NCBI GenBank assembly: GCA_002633005.1
Contig: NMRA01001009.1
Span: 7,449-71,448, forward strand
Length of the DNA: 64,000 nucleotides
Direction of reading: 5' to 3'
Origin: Phoronis australis
Taxonomy: Eukaryota > Animalia > Phoronida
Below, in pieces: positions 37,560 to 51,700 of this stretch. Numbering within the stretch: position 1 is the stretch's first letter; each line of letters begins with the position of its first letter. A program made the translations under genes and the position numbers. The notes beneath the pieces are model-generated. The model was not told the DNA's origin. It did not search any database and saw only the letters and a program-made list of their open reading frames with translations.

Positions 37560-37786
37560 GTGGTCCGCGTGTCTAAAATGAGCGGGAAAGAATGCAGACA
37601 CGGACTTACAGGCTGCATGTATCACTGGCACCCATCTCTGTTCTCTTATCTCCGAACAAAAGAAGTCGGTCATAAATGTTGCTGTGGTAATTAAGTGCCT
37701 ATTGTAATCCCAACCGGTAATTAGCATTATTGTTACAAGTTGCCGGGGAAATGCGATATACACTGTAGGGCATAATAGGGTATCTA

Positions 37787-37950
37787 CATGGGTGGCGCGC
37801 AGCACTGAAAAAAAGCGGGCGGGCTATAGCCCAACCCCCCCCCCCCCCNGCCCTCTTGTGGTGCCTCGCCCATAGACCACAGGAGGCGTAGCACTGAAAA
37901 AGTGGGGGCTAGAGCCCTCCCCCCAGCCCCCTATGGTGCGCCGCCCATGA
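37787..37950. mobile_element. Short GC-rich MITE relic, tandem pair
   Basis: catgggtggcgc...gcgccgcccatg inverted ends; duplicated agcactgaaaaa...gggcta..gccc. Confidence 0.6.
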
Positions 37951-39129
37951 TTTGGTACTTGGGCTACGTTTTTTCATGGTTGGCTACATGGAGGGGTGTG
38001 AACCTGGGAGCTTTGGGTTTCCATACAGTCCGTCCAGCACAATAGGCCGAGTCATCTGTGTTGAGAGGACTGGAATGACAATCCGACGAACACGTCTGAA
38101 TTTCTCATGCCAGGTTATTTCCACGAGTTATTAGTCAATTCCGTACCAAATGTTATAGTCAGATACATAGACCCAAGGAGCCCATCCCCCACAGACACGA
38201 CCACCCCCCACTGACCCCACCACCGTCACCACCAAAAACCTCACCAAGCCAATTTTAGAGTCAACGCGGCCGTTTAGCGTGATCCTAACCGTTGCACTTT
38301 CTGATTCAAAATTTAGGGTACCATAGGGCAGGCTGCCTTGTATATAGGGACTAATGGCCCATTCGGTCCCTGCCAAAAGCTTTAAACAAAAGCACGTGGC
38401 TAGGTCGGAATACTGCCGGATACGTTCCGCAAACTAGCACTTTAGAACGGCCGGGAAATCTTCGCTTTAAGGAAGGGAAGCCGTGAAGTTTCGTGCATAT
38501 TTCAACATACCAGCTCCGCCAACCAATCGGTCAGCGGCAGGTGGGTAAGGTCTCGAGCCGCTCTCGAAACATGCAGTTGCCATTTACTCGAGCTACCGTA
38601 CGTGGTTTTGATCAAACTATTTTTTTCCACAAGAAAGTTAATGTTCTACGGAACTGAACCCTGTCATGTCCTCTAACGTGAACGTGAGCCCGCTTGATAT
38701 CCCTCGATTCTCAGTGGGGCGGCGTGTTGCCGATTTGACTTTAAAGCGCTACACGCTATACCGTAATTTGTGTTAAGCGGCAGCCTAAAAACCTGAGGTC
38801 ATTCTAAGTTCAGGTGTGAGAATTAGCAGAATCTCGATATACTGGGTTGGCATATGAGGCCCATAACCAGGGAGGGTTCGGTGGGCTCGATCGAACCCCC
38901 CCCGCGGAAAAGGTCCAGCCCCAGCCTATCCGTTAAAGATATGTTATAGACGGACAACAGCAAAATTGTTGCAGCTACTGGTACTTCTAACTACAATGAT
39001 AAGTAAGTTAGAATTTGCTTCTGATTCAAAGCGCTTCACATAATCGTCGGTCAACTTCGCCCGAGTGGTGTTTGCTGACAGGATCGTGCTGACGATTAGA
39101 GGAAGCTTTATGTCATTCATCGGCATTAA

Positions 39130-39830
39130 GGTTATCTCAAACCTTATTTAGTGGCCGCCATTCTAACTCGTATATAAAAAACTAAGCTTTGTCAACTAGT
39201 AAAAGTATATATTTTCTGAAAGAAAAAAAGATCAAGGAATGAAGGATTTATCTCATTTCACAACTTGCTGTTCTCAACGGTCGTAAGCATGAAAACGCAC
39301 AACTCCCTCAGGATCAAAACTACGTTTTGTCTTTATTTTCCCCGGCACCGTTCAAGTATAAGACAGTACACCTCGTTGACTCTATTATAGCGACTCGGTG
39401 AGGACGGAGGGTACATACTAAGCTGCTCTGTACCTGGCGGGAGATTAGATTTGAGTGAGTGACCGCCCTGTAAACTTTGACCTTGGATAAGTAGTAAACA
39501 AATATCCACGCGGATGTGCGATTCCAAGGTGGTTCTGCTAAATCTTTTTTTCTTCTCGCTACACGGTATATATATTTTTATTTGAAGTTCCCGGAGAATG
39601 AAGAATAGCAGATAAACTATCTGCTCTTTTGTTTCTTGGTCGGTTTTAAGGCATACACACCAGCAGTACTCTGCTTCTACATAGCTTAGCTACATGTAGG
39701 TATAGACATTTACTTCTTGACTCCCTTCATACCCTATAGTGTAGTCACCACGCCCGCTTTAGGATATCTCAAACCTTATTCACAAAAATGGCAATTTTTA
39801 CAACATTTCACATGTGTCTAGCCAAATACA
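39130..39830. mobile_element. Rearranged copy of the TTAA-flanked element at 54799-57744
   Basis: ttaa|GGTTATCTCAAACCTTATT left end; 39365-39605 matches 57440-57670; the right end is present but inverted at 39760-39830. Confidence 0.8.
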
Positions 39831-40154
39831 ATTTTGGTATACTTGCTGACATAGTACGGTAAAGTTCAGTAATTTTCAATTTTTGAGATGAAAGTGATCG
39901 TCAGATATGTTGTTCATCCAGTGCCCACTTTGATTGTGGATTGGTGCCTGATGGATTGACATGCCTGCGTGTACATGTGTGTGCGTTTCTGTTTTTTTAA
40001 ATTCGGTACACCGGCACGCTGATGGTGAGTTCACCGTAGACAGTCCTCCGCCGTTGCTCAAAAACCAGACATTTAACTATGTTCACATTATTAGGGAAAA
40101 GTAGATCTAGACTTAATAAAAACTTTGGTCAATGAAGACGTGTTACTATGCCGA

Positions 40155-41290
40155 AATTTCACTACTCCGGAGGTCCGACGGTCCACTACTTCGAAGGTTC
40201 ACTACTCCGATGATTCACTACCTGCAAAAATTCGCTACTTCGAATTTCCACAATTCGGAAACCAGAACTCTGACAGTTCATTACTCTGTCTGCTAATGAG
40301 TCGGAAATGACATTAATAAAGTATTGTATTTGTCCATTTAGTAACCACTTAAATGGTGTGCACGAGTTGGCTAGTTGGGGCCTTTCATACTAACGTCGCC
40401 GCGTCGATGGTTTGGGGAGTTGTGATCAGTATGAACGCTTAACTCCGGTCCTGGATCGCAGTTAACAGCTCCAGTTAACATCGCAGTAAACAGGTGGATT
40501 TAAGACCGCAGCGTCGACGCTGCGGTGCAGTAAAAACGGTTAACTTCGGTCCAATCGAAGTTATCGCCAGGTGCCACTGTTATCGTCAACAGTTACAGGG
40601 TAGATCCGTCACTAACAGCTGCTTACATTTTGCTCTAATAAAAACCAATGGATTTAAAAATAAGTTTAATGTCAATTAACACATGTAAATGCTCCCAAAT
40701 TGTCACAGTGAAAAAATCTTAGCATGCAGTGCTACCTTGCGATAACTTCGATGACGACAGTATCGCCTACCGTTTACTTCGATGTTCATTAACTACCGAA
40801 GCCAGTAAACGGTCCAGTTAACTGCGCTGTTTACGTCTGACTTCGTGAAGACTGGCATGGACAGGGTAGCCTACCAACAACGACTGGGGACCCGCCGTAC
40901 GCGTATAGTTCCTTGGGTGAGGTTGAGGCGCAGAACTTTCAATCAGTAGTGCGGTGATATGAGGCGATCTTGACATGGATTTGACGAATGTACCATGGTT
41001 GATAATTCATCAATATTTCTTCTTCATATTATTTTAAAAATGCAACGTACATGCGGGCAATTTGCATGCGCATGAAATCTAAACAAAGTGTTTTAGTAAC
41101 CGGGCGTTGTATTCGGTATAGGTACACCACTGAGTTAGTGCATCTAGTAACCGACGTATCGTTTACTTTTGCATGTAAAAGTATAAAATTTACAACTGAG
41201 TCCGAAATTTTAGATATTTTGGGAGTGATGAACTTTCAGAGCATTGAACCTTCGGAGTAGTGAACCTTCGAAATAGTGGACTGTTCCCAT
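40155..41290. mobile_element. MITE with 15-bp subterminal repeats, containing a nested palindromic element (about 40455-40830)
   Basis: (ttcactactccgaag)n at left versus (cttcggagtagtgaa)n at right; nested inverted repeat atcgaagttatcgc/gcgataacttcgat. Confidence 0.7.
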
Positions 41291-42339
41291 TTCCAGCGAT
41301 GTAAGCAACTTAGGTAACTCACAAAAATACAACCAGATAAAAAATTGTCAAGTCATTCTGCGACTAAATATTTGCGTCCGAGTATGTAATGAGGTGTAAA
41401 CACTCATTTAAGAACGCGCGATTTGAAAGTTTGGCAGGAGGCTAGTAACACGAGAACGTTTTCTTTCTGGACCACATTACATCCGAATTTGACTCCCGCT
41501 CTTTGCGAGCAACCGTCACAGCATCCTCGTGTCTGATATTACAAATTCCGTCTCATCTCAGGAACATAGAGCTGAGAGTCATCGTTGTGTATACAGATTT
41601 CCTTTCTCCGTAATTAACTGCGTCAAGGGCTTTACCGAAAACTTTACTGTGTCGACGTTTGCAAAAAATCAAGGTCCACCGTACCTTTTGACACTAGAAA
41701 TACAAGTATTTTATAATTGAAAAAATCAAAAAAAAAAGTTCAATTGTAATGATGGCATATCTACCAGAGTTCAGCTACGACTGATGGTGGATATCCCCCA
41801 GGGCGCTATCAAACTCGTGCGTTTTCTAGGGTTCGTTTGCCCCAGTCAAAGACTAGCCTCGTTCTGGCTGCCACGCATGACTCAGTTTTGCGACGGGGCT
41901 TAGGCCTATTTGTAATCTTACACAGTTGACGCGGCCGATACGTTGTTCATTTTTGCATTTTGAAAAAGCTTGCAAAGAACACATAAAACATGTTGTTTGT
42001 TATAAGTCTCGTTAATATTCCACAACCTCAATCTTTAGCGTGCTAAGTATAAATATCCTACACAACGCAGCACAACAAGAAGACTATACTATACACTTAA
42101 GTTTGTGTCAGTCAGGTGCGCACTCATTACAAGCACCAGCGCAGTGCAGTTTACGCCGGCGGATTATGACTTACATGTAAGATAGAAGTGTGACGCAGCG
42201 AGCGGCATCACTGAGGCAAGTAATGAATAATTATATGATGAGGTACCACCCTGGACCCATGTTGGCGGGAGGAGCAACTTTCGTTACTAAGATTCTTGAC
42301 GCTCAGCCGTGCCATACTTACGGTGAATCATGTGTCAGA

Positions 42340-42607
42340 GGAGATTGGAACAGGCCAATCCCGAAACTATAGGAACCAATCTTAGTCAGTGACATGTACT
42401 TGGGCGGCACCGCACCCGGTGTGATTGCGATCTGGCTGTTATTAACTCCCGTAACTGCTGTCGGTGTGTTGCAAATCACGAGCTATCTCGTCGTGGTAAT
42501 TGGTTTAATCATCACTATCCTGCCTGCTTGCAACGTTTTGCTCAACGGTTGAATGACCACTGTCCGAAAACGCCTTGCCCTATAGTGACGTGCATGTGTA
42601 GGTAAGT
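42340..42607 (+). promoter_or_regulatory. Candidate promoter and non-coding first exon of a downstream gene
   Basis: ATTGG at 42344, CCAAT at 42355 and 42376, GGGCGG at 42402, CpG-rich, with a consensus donor AG|GTAAGT at 42602. Confidence 0.4.
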
Positions 42608-45600
42608 GAGTCAACTGGAGCAGAGTTCTAAAAGCTTAAGACTGGTAGCGTTGATTTAAATGCGGCATGTGATGTTATGTTTTTTACGCTTTCTCTTTTA
42701 TTTTACGAATACCGTATGAGTGTGCGGGTAATTGGGCCCGTATGCACCTATATTCTAAACAATGCGTATTTCCGTTTTTGTCATAGTCTCATGCAGATTA
42801 GCGGATATTACTTTTTACTGCATGTCTCACAGTTGATGTTTTTACATTGTTGCTCATTCTTTGTACTTTTTTAACACTTAGCGTTAAATTAGTACACGTA
42901 AGCATCTACAATTTTGTAACGTACAAGTCATGAGAAATAATATCAAAAATTTCTCATGATCTTTACTCAACTGTTTCACGTAGTCGTATGCTCCTAATTG
43001 CGAATTGAGGCTCAACTTCACAAATAGGAGCATGGGCGTGTGTGTTAACTTTTTCACTCGATTTTGTGTTTTGCATTCCAATTCATGGACCTCGAAAACT
43101 CATCAAAATACCTTTTAAACAATTCTTTACAAAAGCACCTCCACATAATGTGTACGACTAAGTTATGCAATTCGATATGTGAAGGGATTTCCGGAAAGAA
43201 ATCATCAAATTCATCGAAAGAAAAAGTGAAATACGCATGAAAAAGTAACTCTTTCTTCCGAGGCATGTTGCAAACGTCCCTCTAGCAAATGATATATACG
43301 TGCACCTTGCTGGTTCTCTACGTGTCAGCTAGGGGGAAACGCAGGGAACCTTCGAGATACGTGCACGCGCTCATATCCACATTTTGTCTCTGTCAAAGTC
43401 GCCTAATATTCATTCACTTTGGGGGTCATGACCCAGCGTCAAGATGTCACATTTCCAAATAAGGAGAACGCGTGTTGCCTATTGGATCAAAACTGACGAA
43501 GCGAAAACGGATTGATAGTGTTTCGTAAAACACTTTTGAAGGATGCAAATTTGAGCTGATAACACTGTCCAACACGTTTTAAGGGCCATGCAACATCAGG
43601 TGTAGACCCTTTGCACACACCGTAGGTAACGACAAATGTTCATTTCCATGGATAATATCTTATGAAAATTGTCCTATGCGCATCTGGTGCGAGTCATTGC
43701 GAAGATACTAGATGATACTGGATCGTATCATCAATTTTTAAGTAAAAATATGTCGAGGCCCCATGCAGGTGCACTTGTCGAGAGCACATAGAGGGGCTTA
43801 TCTACCAACCGGGGTATTTAACCAAATATCTGCATACTTTAGATTTTAACACAGCAACAGCATATATTTTCTGAAAGAAGAAAGTCTGAGGAATTTGAGT
43901 TTTGATCTTATACTAATCTCCCATTCATTGGGTCACGTGACCATATCTTTCTTTTATATGTAGCAAAAAGAGTTCTATAATTTCGATTGATATAAGTGCT
44001 AAAGTTGAAATCTTAAAACTGTTGTTACAAATTTCTTATCATTTCATTTCCGCTTTATCCAACTTTTAATTTCATTAAAAGTCGTATTTTTGAGAGCCCC
44101 TCGTGCAAAAGCGAATACTTCAAACAATTGGTAAAAGCGTTTTTGAACAGTGCTTAAAGCATAGTGTCTGAAAGTCTTAGCCTGCTTAAAAAGCCAGCAT
44201 TTCTTTATTTTTGTATTCTAAATTCATATGCCGTTTTCATGCATTTGTTTAGGCCCCGAAATTTTAGCTGCGGCGAACTCATTGTGGAATATACTCTATA
44301 TTTTAGCATTTTTCTGGAATACGCGTACTCGGATAGGGTAAATACTTTCAAATCTGGGCCCTACCCATAGACGCAATGCACGCGCTGTGCCAAGGTAGTG
44401 TCACAATGACCACTTGCTTTACTCGTAATGCACGACGATATCTTGTAGGTACTTGCGTAATCTTGCGTTTTCGCGAGATTCTTCCTCTACGGAACCCAAC
44501 TAACTTAGCATATCGTGTTTGCAAACGTAGTTCTGAATGATAGCTGCATTCAAAAAATAAGAAAAACCCTTTCTTTACTCGAACAGTGTCCAATGCGAAA
44601 TCACGTTAAAGGGGAATGAATTTAATTTTTCTGTCTATTGGAGGTCGATGACATTAAAGATGTTGAATCAGAAGCATTATTATGCCATAACCTATTGTAG
44701 ATGACCAAGAGCGTCTTGTATATCGCCCTCTTCTGCACCCTGCGGTATTAATATCTCTAATGCATCTTTTCAAGTCTTCAATTCAATTATCTTTCCATGT
44801 TTCTACACCTGTCTGTTTATTGATTATGTAAGCCGTGAAAATTTTGTTCAATTGCAATGATTCTAGTTCGAGTGTTTGAACACTTGTTCGTGTCAAAGCA
44901 GCCTTCCCCGTATAGTTGTTGGATGGAACCTAAATCACGCATTGTGTTTGGACTGTAGTTATTTTGTTCCGTTGCAAGCGAGGTTTCCTCCTCGATGACT
45001 TTTCTCCTTGAAGATCTGAAATGGTTTATGAACGAACCGGCACTCGGTTGGTTTATACATTATAGTACACCAGAGCCCACGGTTTAATCTTTTACTCCAA
45101 ATCGAAATCGAATTTATTTTTGGCATTTTCTATTCTTCTTTTGTTCGATCTCCAGATAAGTGCTAATTACTGTATGCTCAAGAACCATAGCTTACGGGTA
45201 TCATTGTCTATTCCCAGTAGTAATACTAACACTTTGATTCTGTAAGTAATTTTCTATTTCGAGTAAGACTATTAAGCTCCGGACCCTGAGCATTGTCGCC
45301 GACAGTACGTTTAGTAATAAAAATTCATAACAATGTCTTTGCTTCTGTAAAATGGCCCAAGTTTAGCTTTAATTAATTCGTTAATGATAATTAAAAGGCA
45401 AGTCATACCTTATCGTGTTTATCCAGGTGTTGCTCGAGGTATAAATCTGACTCAAAACACAAGCGCACAAGCGTTTTTCGATTAGGAAGCTCTTAAAAGG
45501 TGTTTTGTTTTCCCTTACACTTTAACGCTCACCCTCTGAGATGGCTAGGCAGGTAGGTTAGACGTTTTGTTTCCTCCACTTTTCATTGAATTGCAAAATT

Positions 45601-48572
45601 ATTTCTTTATTAAACTGAAAAATAACCGTTTTGCTAGATTGCTTTTAACCGGTGAGTGTGGATTGTTTTGATTCAATCTTGAATTAAATTCCCTAATAAT
45701 CATTGCTAATTCACTAAACTGGTATGTTTTATCAAACGTCAGTTTAGTGGCGTACTGAGGTCAACGAGCTCCGCATTTATAGGGGCTACAAATCCCAGTG
45801 CACACTTTCTCTCATATAATCAACTTTTGATTTAAGCCACTTAAAAATGATTGATGGGCTCGAAGAGAATGACAGGTGCCTATTGCTTCAGACCGAGGCT
45901 CATTGGGTTGAATGACAGGTCGCTAATGCTTCAGACCGAGGCTCATTAAGTTGCTTATCACGGCGGGTTAGTTTTAGCATAGTGACTTTAGGCATGCCTC
46001 AAATTTATTTCAGTTAGCAAGACAATATGGCCGTCAGAGGGCTTCCTGGCGATTCCTTGTAATCATTTCCAGTTCAAACAAAATATAAGAACGCAGTGAT
46101 GTTGCTTTGAAAGAACAAGAAATCTATTACTCAAGTGAAGAAACTTGGCGTTTTTAACACAAAACATAAATTTTCTATCAGCGTAAAAATTTCTGCTGTT
46201 CAGAGATCGCCAGAGAGTCTGGGAATAAGCGCTTTTGGGTAACTTAGAACTGCCAACTTCAAAGTGAGATGAAATAAGAAATAAAAATTAACTTAGCTTA
46301 GCAGTCAGTATATACAAGCCAGACTACCGATTTCCTTTGAAAACCATAGGACTTCTGTGATCAACCTGCAGTGGTCTAATATGACAGGTGAGGCGTAGCT
46401 GAGATCTTCTATTTACCAGAGTTAGTAAGATCATTTAACTAGTCCTCTAACTTATCGGTGAGATCGGTGGGGTAAGTAAATCGTCGATTGACGGCTTTGG
46501 GCGTCACGGTATAGAGCGTCACTCATCATTGGACATTTTCTGTCGTATCTTCACAAGGTTACTTGTAGTTGAACCATAAACCAGAGCATTGATGTCATTT
46601 TGTCACGACTGTAATTTTGAACATTTAATTACCAGTTACCTGTATTCCTAAACAAACTTGTCGTCGTCTCCTAGGATCTGATACGTGAAAGTGATTAAAA
46701 CTTAGACAGAAATCTGGCCTTGTGCTTCCACTTCACAGTCTAGAAATGATTTATAGGAAATATCTCAGTAACAGTTACGTGCGTGTTACTCAGAGACTTA
46801 CACTTAAAAGTATTTTTCGGAAACATCTGTGTGGAGCGTAAAATCAAATATCTGGTTTAGATGGCGCTCCATACGTAGTTTTTTGAGCCTCTGTTCTATC
46901 CTAACCCAATTTCATCAAGAAGAATTTGCGTCTGCTGGATTGTCGGTATATCATGTCCAGCTTGAGAAGGCTGCGAATGGCGAATGGCATTTGCTTGATT
47001 TTCAGTATGTTCTGGGTGAATCATTGCCAGTTATTGACCCTTGAGTCACTTTTTACTCAGTCATGGGTTTCCTTAAAGCTATACTCGTTTTGCTTGCTGG
47101 AAGTTGAAATTTAGCAGGAAATTCAGGTGCACTTCTAAAACTTTGGATTTGTAAAAATATGGCTGGTCGACGACACCCATTTTTAGATAGTTTCTTCAAT
47201 CCGAAGTGTTGACAATCTGAATGCATTGCGCATGCGCATGGTGGTTATGTGGGAATGAAAACTGCTGACTAGGAGTATTTTTGTTCATTTTAAAGTAGCC
47301 GGCTGCTCTTGACTTTGTGCATGATTTTTGAAGTTTTTGGCCCAGTTAACTGCTCATATCATAAGTTTTTGTACACCCTGTGGATCAGGCTGTAGGAGCT
47401 GCCTAGGGTTTCAAGCCCTCAGCAAAATCTGTTGAGTGCCACTTTAAGTGTCGACACTTTTCATAAAACAGGCACCAGATGTCGGTTTACCAAAGCGAAA
47501 AATAGGGCAACAGTCGTACGCGTGTCATGCGTATGACTTCGAACTGTCAGTAGGCATCTTTTTTACAAAAGCGAGTGTAGCCGCCGTATATATGTTTATT
47601 TAGGCTTGTTCGCCTACATTCGAAATAATGCGTTTCTAAGATTTTTTAGCCACATGCTTGGCATGTAGTAGGCGCATGTGCCTAAATTTCGCATGTAATC
47701 GTAGGTAGGTGTCCTCTGTACAGGCGCATTGCTTGCGGTGGATTTACATGCAGGCAGTCGAATTGTCCTCGACATTTCAAACGCGCATAATCTTGTCCGT
47801 GCCAAACATTTTCAACCCACTCACTTGTTTTGATTATAACTAAGATAAAGCGTTGCTAGGGAACAGCGGGTAACAATGTAGTCCAATGACTGACTGACGT
47901 TGCAAAATTGGTTATTAAGGTTTTTGTATTGGTAATGCGCCATATGCATAATAGTACGCGAGGGTTCTCTTATGAAACGTTATTTATTCGCAGTGTGGAT
48001 TTCGAAACCTCCGCTTTAAAGGCCGGGCGAGAGGTATGTTCAAATCGCGCGTTATCACGTTTACAAGTTCACAGATCGTACATGAGATTTTTCTACGTAA
48101 CCATCCCATTAACTAATGCACTTCACATTCCTCCATGAGTATGCTGATATCATGACATTAAAAATATGACAGTTTGATGTAAATACTTACAAAACGGTCT
48201 GCAAGAACCGAGCACTAGTAGAAGAAAAGTGCTTACGTTATTTAATGCGCCATGAGTGAGTGTCCCAGCTAGTTCTTACTGTTATATTTGTCTTATGATG
48301 TTTGAACACTTAACGACTACATCTTAATCTATTTGCGGGCTATTTCAGGGATAGCTATGAAATTATTAGCAAAGCAAAATATGTCGAAGACGAACGCATG
48401 ATTAAGTAAAGTGTAGTGAGCATGAGATTGCGTGTATGGTTTGCATACGAATACGTGGTCTCACACTCATTTAGAGCCGCATTTCGCCGTGTTTGTTTGG
48501 ATAAAGCACGAAAATCGAATAAGGTCTTTTACTCTCATAAAATCGGTCTAAAATATTCTTTGCAGTGGCAGG

Positions 48573-48755
48573 ATTCTGTTTCCGTTATCAACTCAATGTC
48601 ACGGGCAATGCAGTGCGTATGTACATGCGCAATTCTGTTTCCATTACCAACTCAACGTCACGGGCAATGCAATGCGTATGTACACGCGCCATTCTGTTTC
48701 CGCTACCAACTCAACGTCACGGGCAATGCAATGCGTGTATACATGCGCCATTTTC
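48573..48755. repeat. 59-bp tandem repeat x3 within a dispersed repeat (relative at about 60250-60430)
   Basis: attctgtttcc...tcacgggcaatgc...gcgc at 48573, 48632 and 48691; flank aaaatcgaat...ttttactctcataaa.tcggtct also at 60250. Confidence 0.9.
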
Positions 48756-51700
48756 CAACTCGCAATTTTGGAGTTGGCATCCCCAATAAGGTTCCACTCA
48801 ACGGTCTTTGCTGGTTTTGGGCTTGCAAAATCAGGTCTTGCAAACTCCAACAGGCCAATCCACAGGATATACAAAAACCTGAAAATGTGAAAAGTTTCCG
48901 GGACGAAAGACTTCAAAAACCTTGCACAAAGTCAATTTCCTTTCCTTTGCCACTACCGCAAGTTCAGCCGGCGGCTATGTGAAAAATTACATAAATACAC
49001 CAAATCAGCCGTTTTCACCCCAAAGCCACTGTTCGCATGCTTTTAATACAAACTGAGACAGTGCATTCAGATTGCCAAAACTCTCCAGATTTCATCTGTA
49101 GAAATCAGGCGAAAAGTAATGTGTTGACATTCAGATTTTTTACAAATCCAAAGTTTATGATGGGCACCTGAATTTTCCCATGCTAAATTTCAACTTCCCT
49201 CTTGCAGCAGTAAGGAGAAGTCATAACTGAGTCAAAAGTGGGTCAAGGGGTCAACAAATGACAATTTTCACTTAGAACAGGCTCAAAAATAAAGCAAATA
49301 CAATCGTAGCTTTCACATGCACATGCAACACAAAACTTAAATTGCGCAGCCAACCCGGCAGGCAACCACGACTCATTTCCTAGAAAAGCAAATCTTAATT
49401 TTGTGCAGTTGTACGTGTAGTCTACTGAGATTATGAAACGTACTTTCTGGTCTGCGGTAAAGTCTCAGACAATTTTCCTAAATTTACAAATTAATATGCT
49501 TTTGACATGGTTTGTTAATGCATTTGTTCCTTTCAGCCTTTTAAAGAATTCTAAATGGAACACGTGTGATCATTTATGCATTTCCTTGTTACTGGGTAGG
49601 GCCAACATTAAACAGTGATTATGGAAATCGAAATAATTTTAATTAAGTTCTTTGTAGTGTCGTGTGCGCGTATAGTATATTGGCGCATCTGTGGTGAGCG
49701 ACCGCATGTTTCAATTAGACTACATCCTGGCACTTTATGTAATACTTTAGACTGCAGGTAGACAAGGAAATGTTTATTTAAATTGCTTTCTCTTGTTTAT
49801 TCTAATTAAAACTTCATTAAACGAAATTAAGATCATGAAAGTGAAACCCAGTGGCTTTCAATCCTGTTTGGTTAAATGGCCACATGTTGAAAGAATTGTT
49901 TGTAAACGTTTCAACAAATCTTGCTTGCGTTTAATTTCTTTAAGTAACTGTTACTAAAACGAAGCGGAAACGAAACCTGTATGAGTTCTTTACTTGGCTC
50001 GAAAATCCTAGTTGACAAAATCTAGTGGTAAATAAAAAAAATATAATATCAGCACAGATGTTTTCTATTATGATTTAGTATTTTAATTTATTAGCATAAC
50101 CTTCGCTTCTTCCATCTGTTAAAATTGAAAGTTAAGAGGTGTTCATTTTGTATTATATTAATAACGTCGCTCTCAGTGGGTGTAGTGCACTGTTAAATCG
50201 ATAACACTGACTTGCACGGGTCCCGCATTAAGAGGACCAGTTCTTTCCACTGATTAACGAGCATCAAACTGCTTCTCAAAATGCGGGACCCCTGCAAGCG
50301 ACTACGCTTCTAGATATATTAGACTGTACAGTGAATACTGTTCATTGAGCGGTGATTCGTGGTTGATGATAGAACGCCACAAACGGTGCCTTGTCTAACC
50401 CATTTGCTCGTGCCCGGCGGCATTAACAATGGATTCCTGTGGATACAAGCAGTAACGTTATTTTCTTTCTGTGTTTTTGTGGTGTTCGAATTTATGACTA
50501 TTCCTTCAGGAGGTGAGTGTGTGTGCATCGATCATTCAAAAACACACATCACCTCGGTGCTAGGAAGATGTTTTAACTGTTGGTCTAAACTCGAGGCTTC
50601 CACGTAAAGAGATGGTCACACGTGCCTCTAATGTAAGTAAAAAACGTGGTTCACTCATTCCCAGTGTTTTCTATTGAAATGGAATTTTGTAATAACAGCT
50701 AGCCCAATGTATAGTCCTGCTGATTTGACTTCCGTTATCTGTCATACAGACCACACATTCAAGAACTTCCCACCAATAACACTTATATAGGCTCATGCCT
50801 TTATGGACTTATACTGGATTAAAAGAACATCCGGTGTTCAAGTTTTCAGAAAACACGTTATTTCGACCTATTCAATATATAGTAACAACACCTGTTGTTT
50901 TGTTTTATTATTTAATAAACTATTGTCGTGGAATTGTTTTAGTCGGTCAATATTAATTGTGATAGCACAGATTGTAGCTGGTTGGCACTGAGAAAACACA
51001 ACAAAAATAACAACTGAACTCGTATCAGTCCGAGGAAATGCTATGGTCTTAAAATTAAATACAAGCTTTTAGCCTTATATTCAGGACTATGGCATTTTTC
51101 AGTGTTCACAAAACATGCATTATTTCGTTTGTAATGCCCTGGCCTCGTATCGATAATTTTGCGATAGGTTTAAGTCTTCACTGTATTTTTCCCCACTTCT
51201 ACACAGGATAAACTTTTACTTCAATCTTCAGAAAATGTACATTGTGTAAATTATTTTTCAGCCAATTCTATCTTTTTTGGCTTATGAAAGCACGAACTTG
51301 TTCAGCCTCGTTATCACAGAGACATGTGCATGTCAATTTCTTGAGCTGAAGTGTCTCCACCAAGCGGTTAGGATGGTAACGTTTGATTATTTGGGGCAGG
51401 CAAGAGTCATGAGACTAAAGAATATGTTGTGAATGCAGTGAAGTCAGAAAATGCAATTTTACTGACAAGATTTGATACGAATCGTATTGAATCATGTGAA
51501 TGGAATGTGACGTCAGAGACTGACTAGGCCTGACTGATCACATCCCGCTCGTGAATTTTGAATAAATGAAGACACCGCTCTATATTTAATACTGCAAAGC
51601 TGAAGAAAGCAATGAGAGTGGTGTTTACTTAATGATTTAAAATGGCCTACCTTGCTACTTCATTATTATAACTTTAAAGAGAAAATCCATGAGCTTAAAA

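Noticed and set aside
48416-48982. 188-aa ORF
   Set aside because: Non-ATG start; largely the 59-bp tandem repeat within a dispersed repeat.
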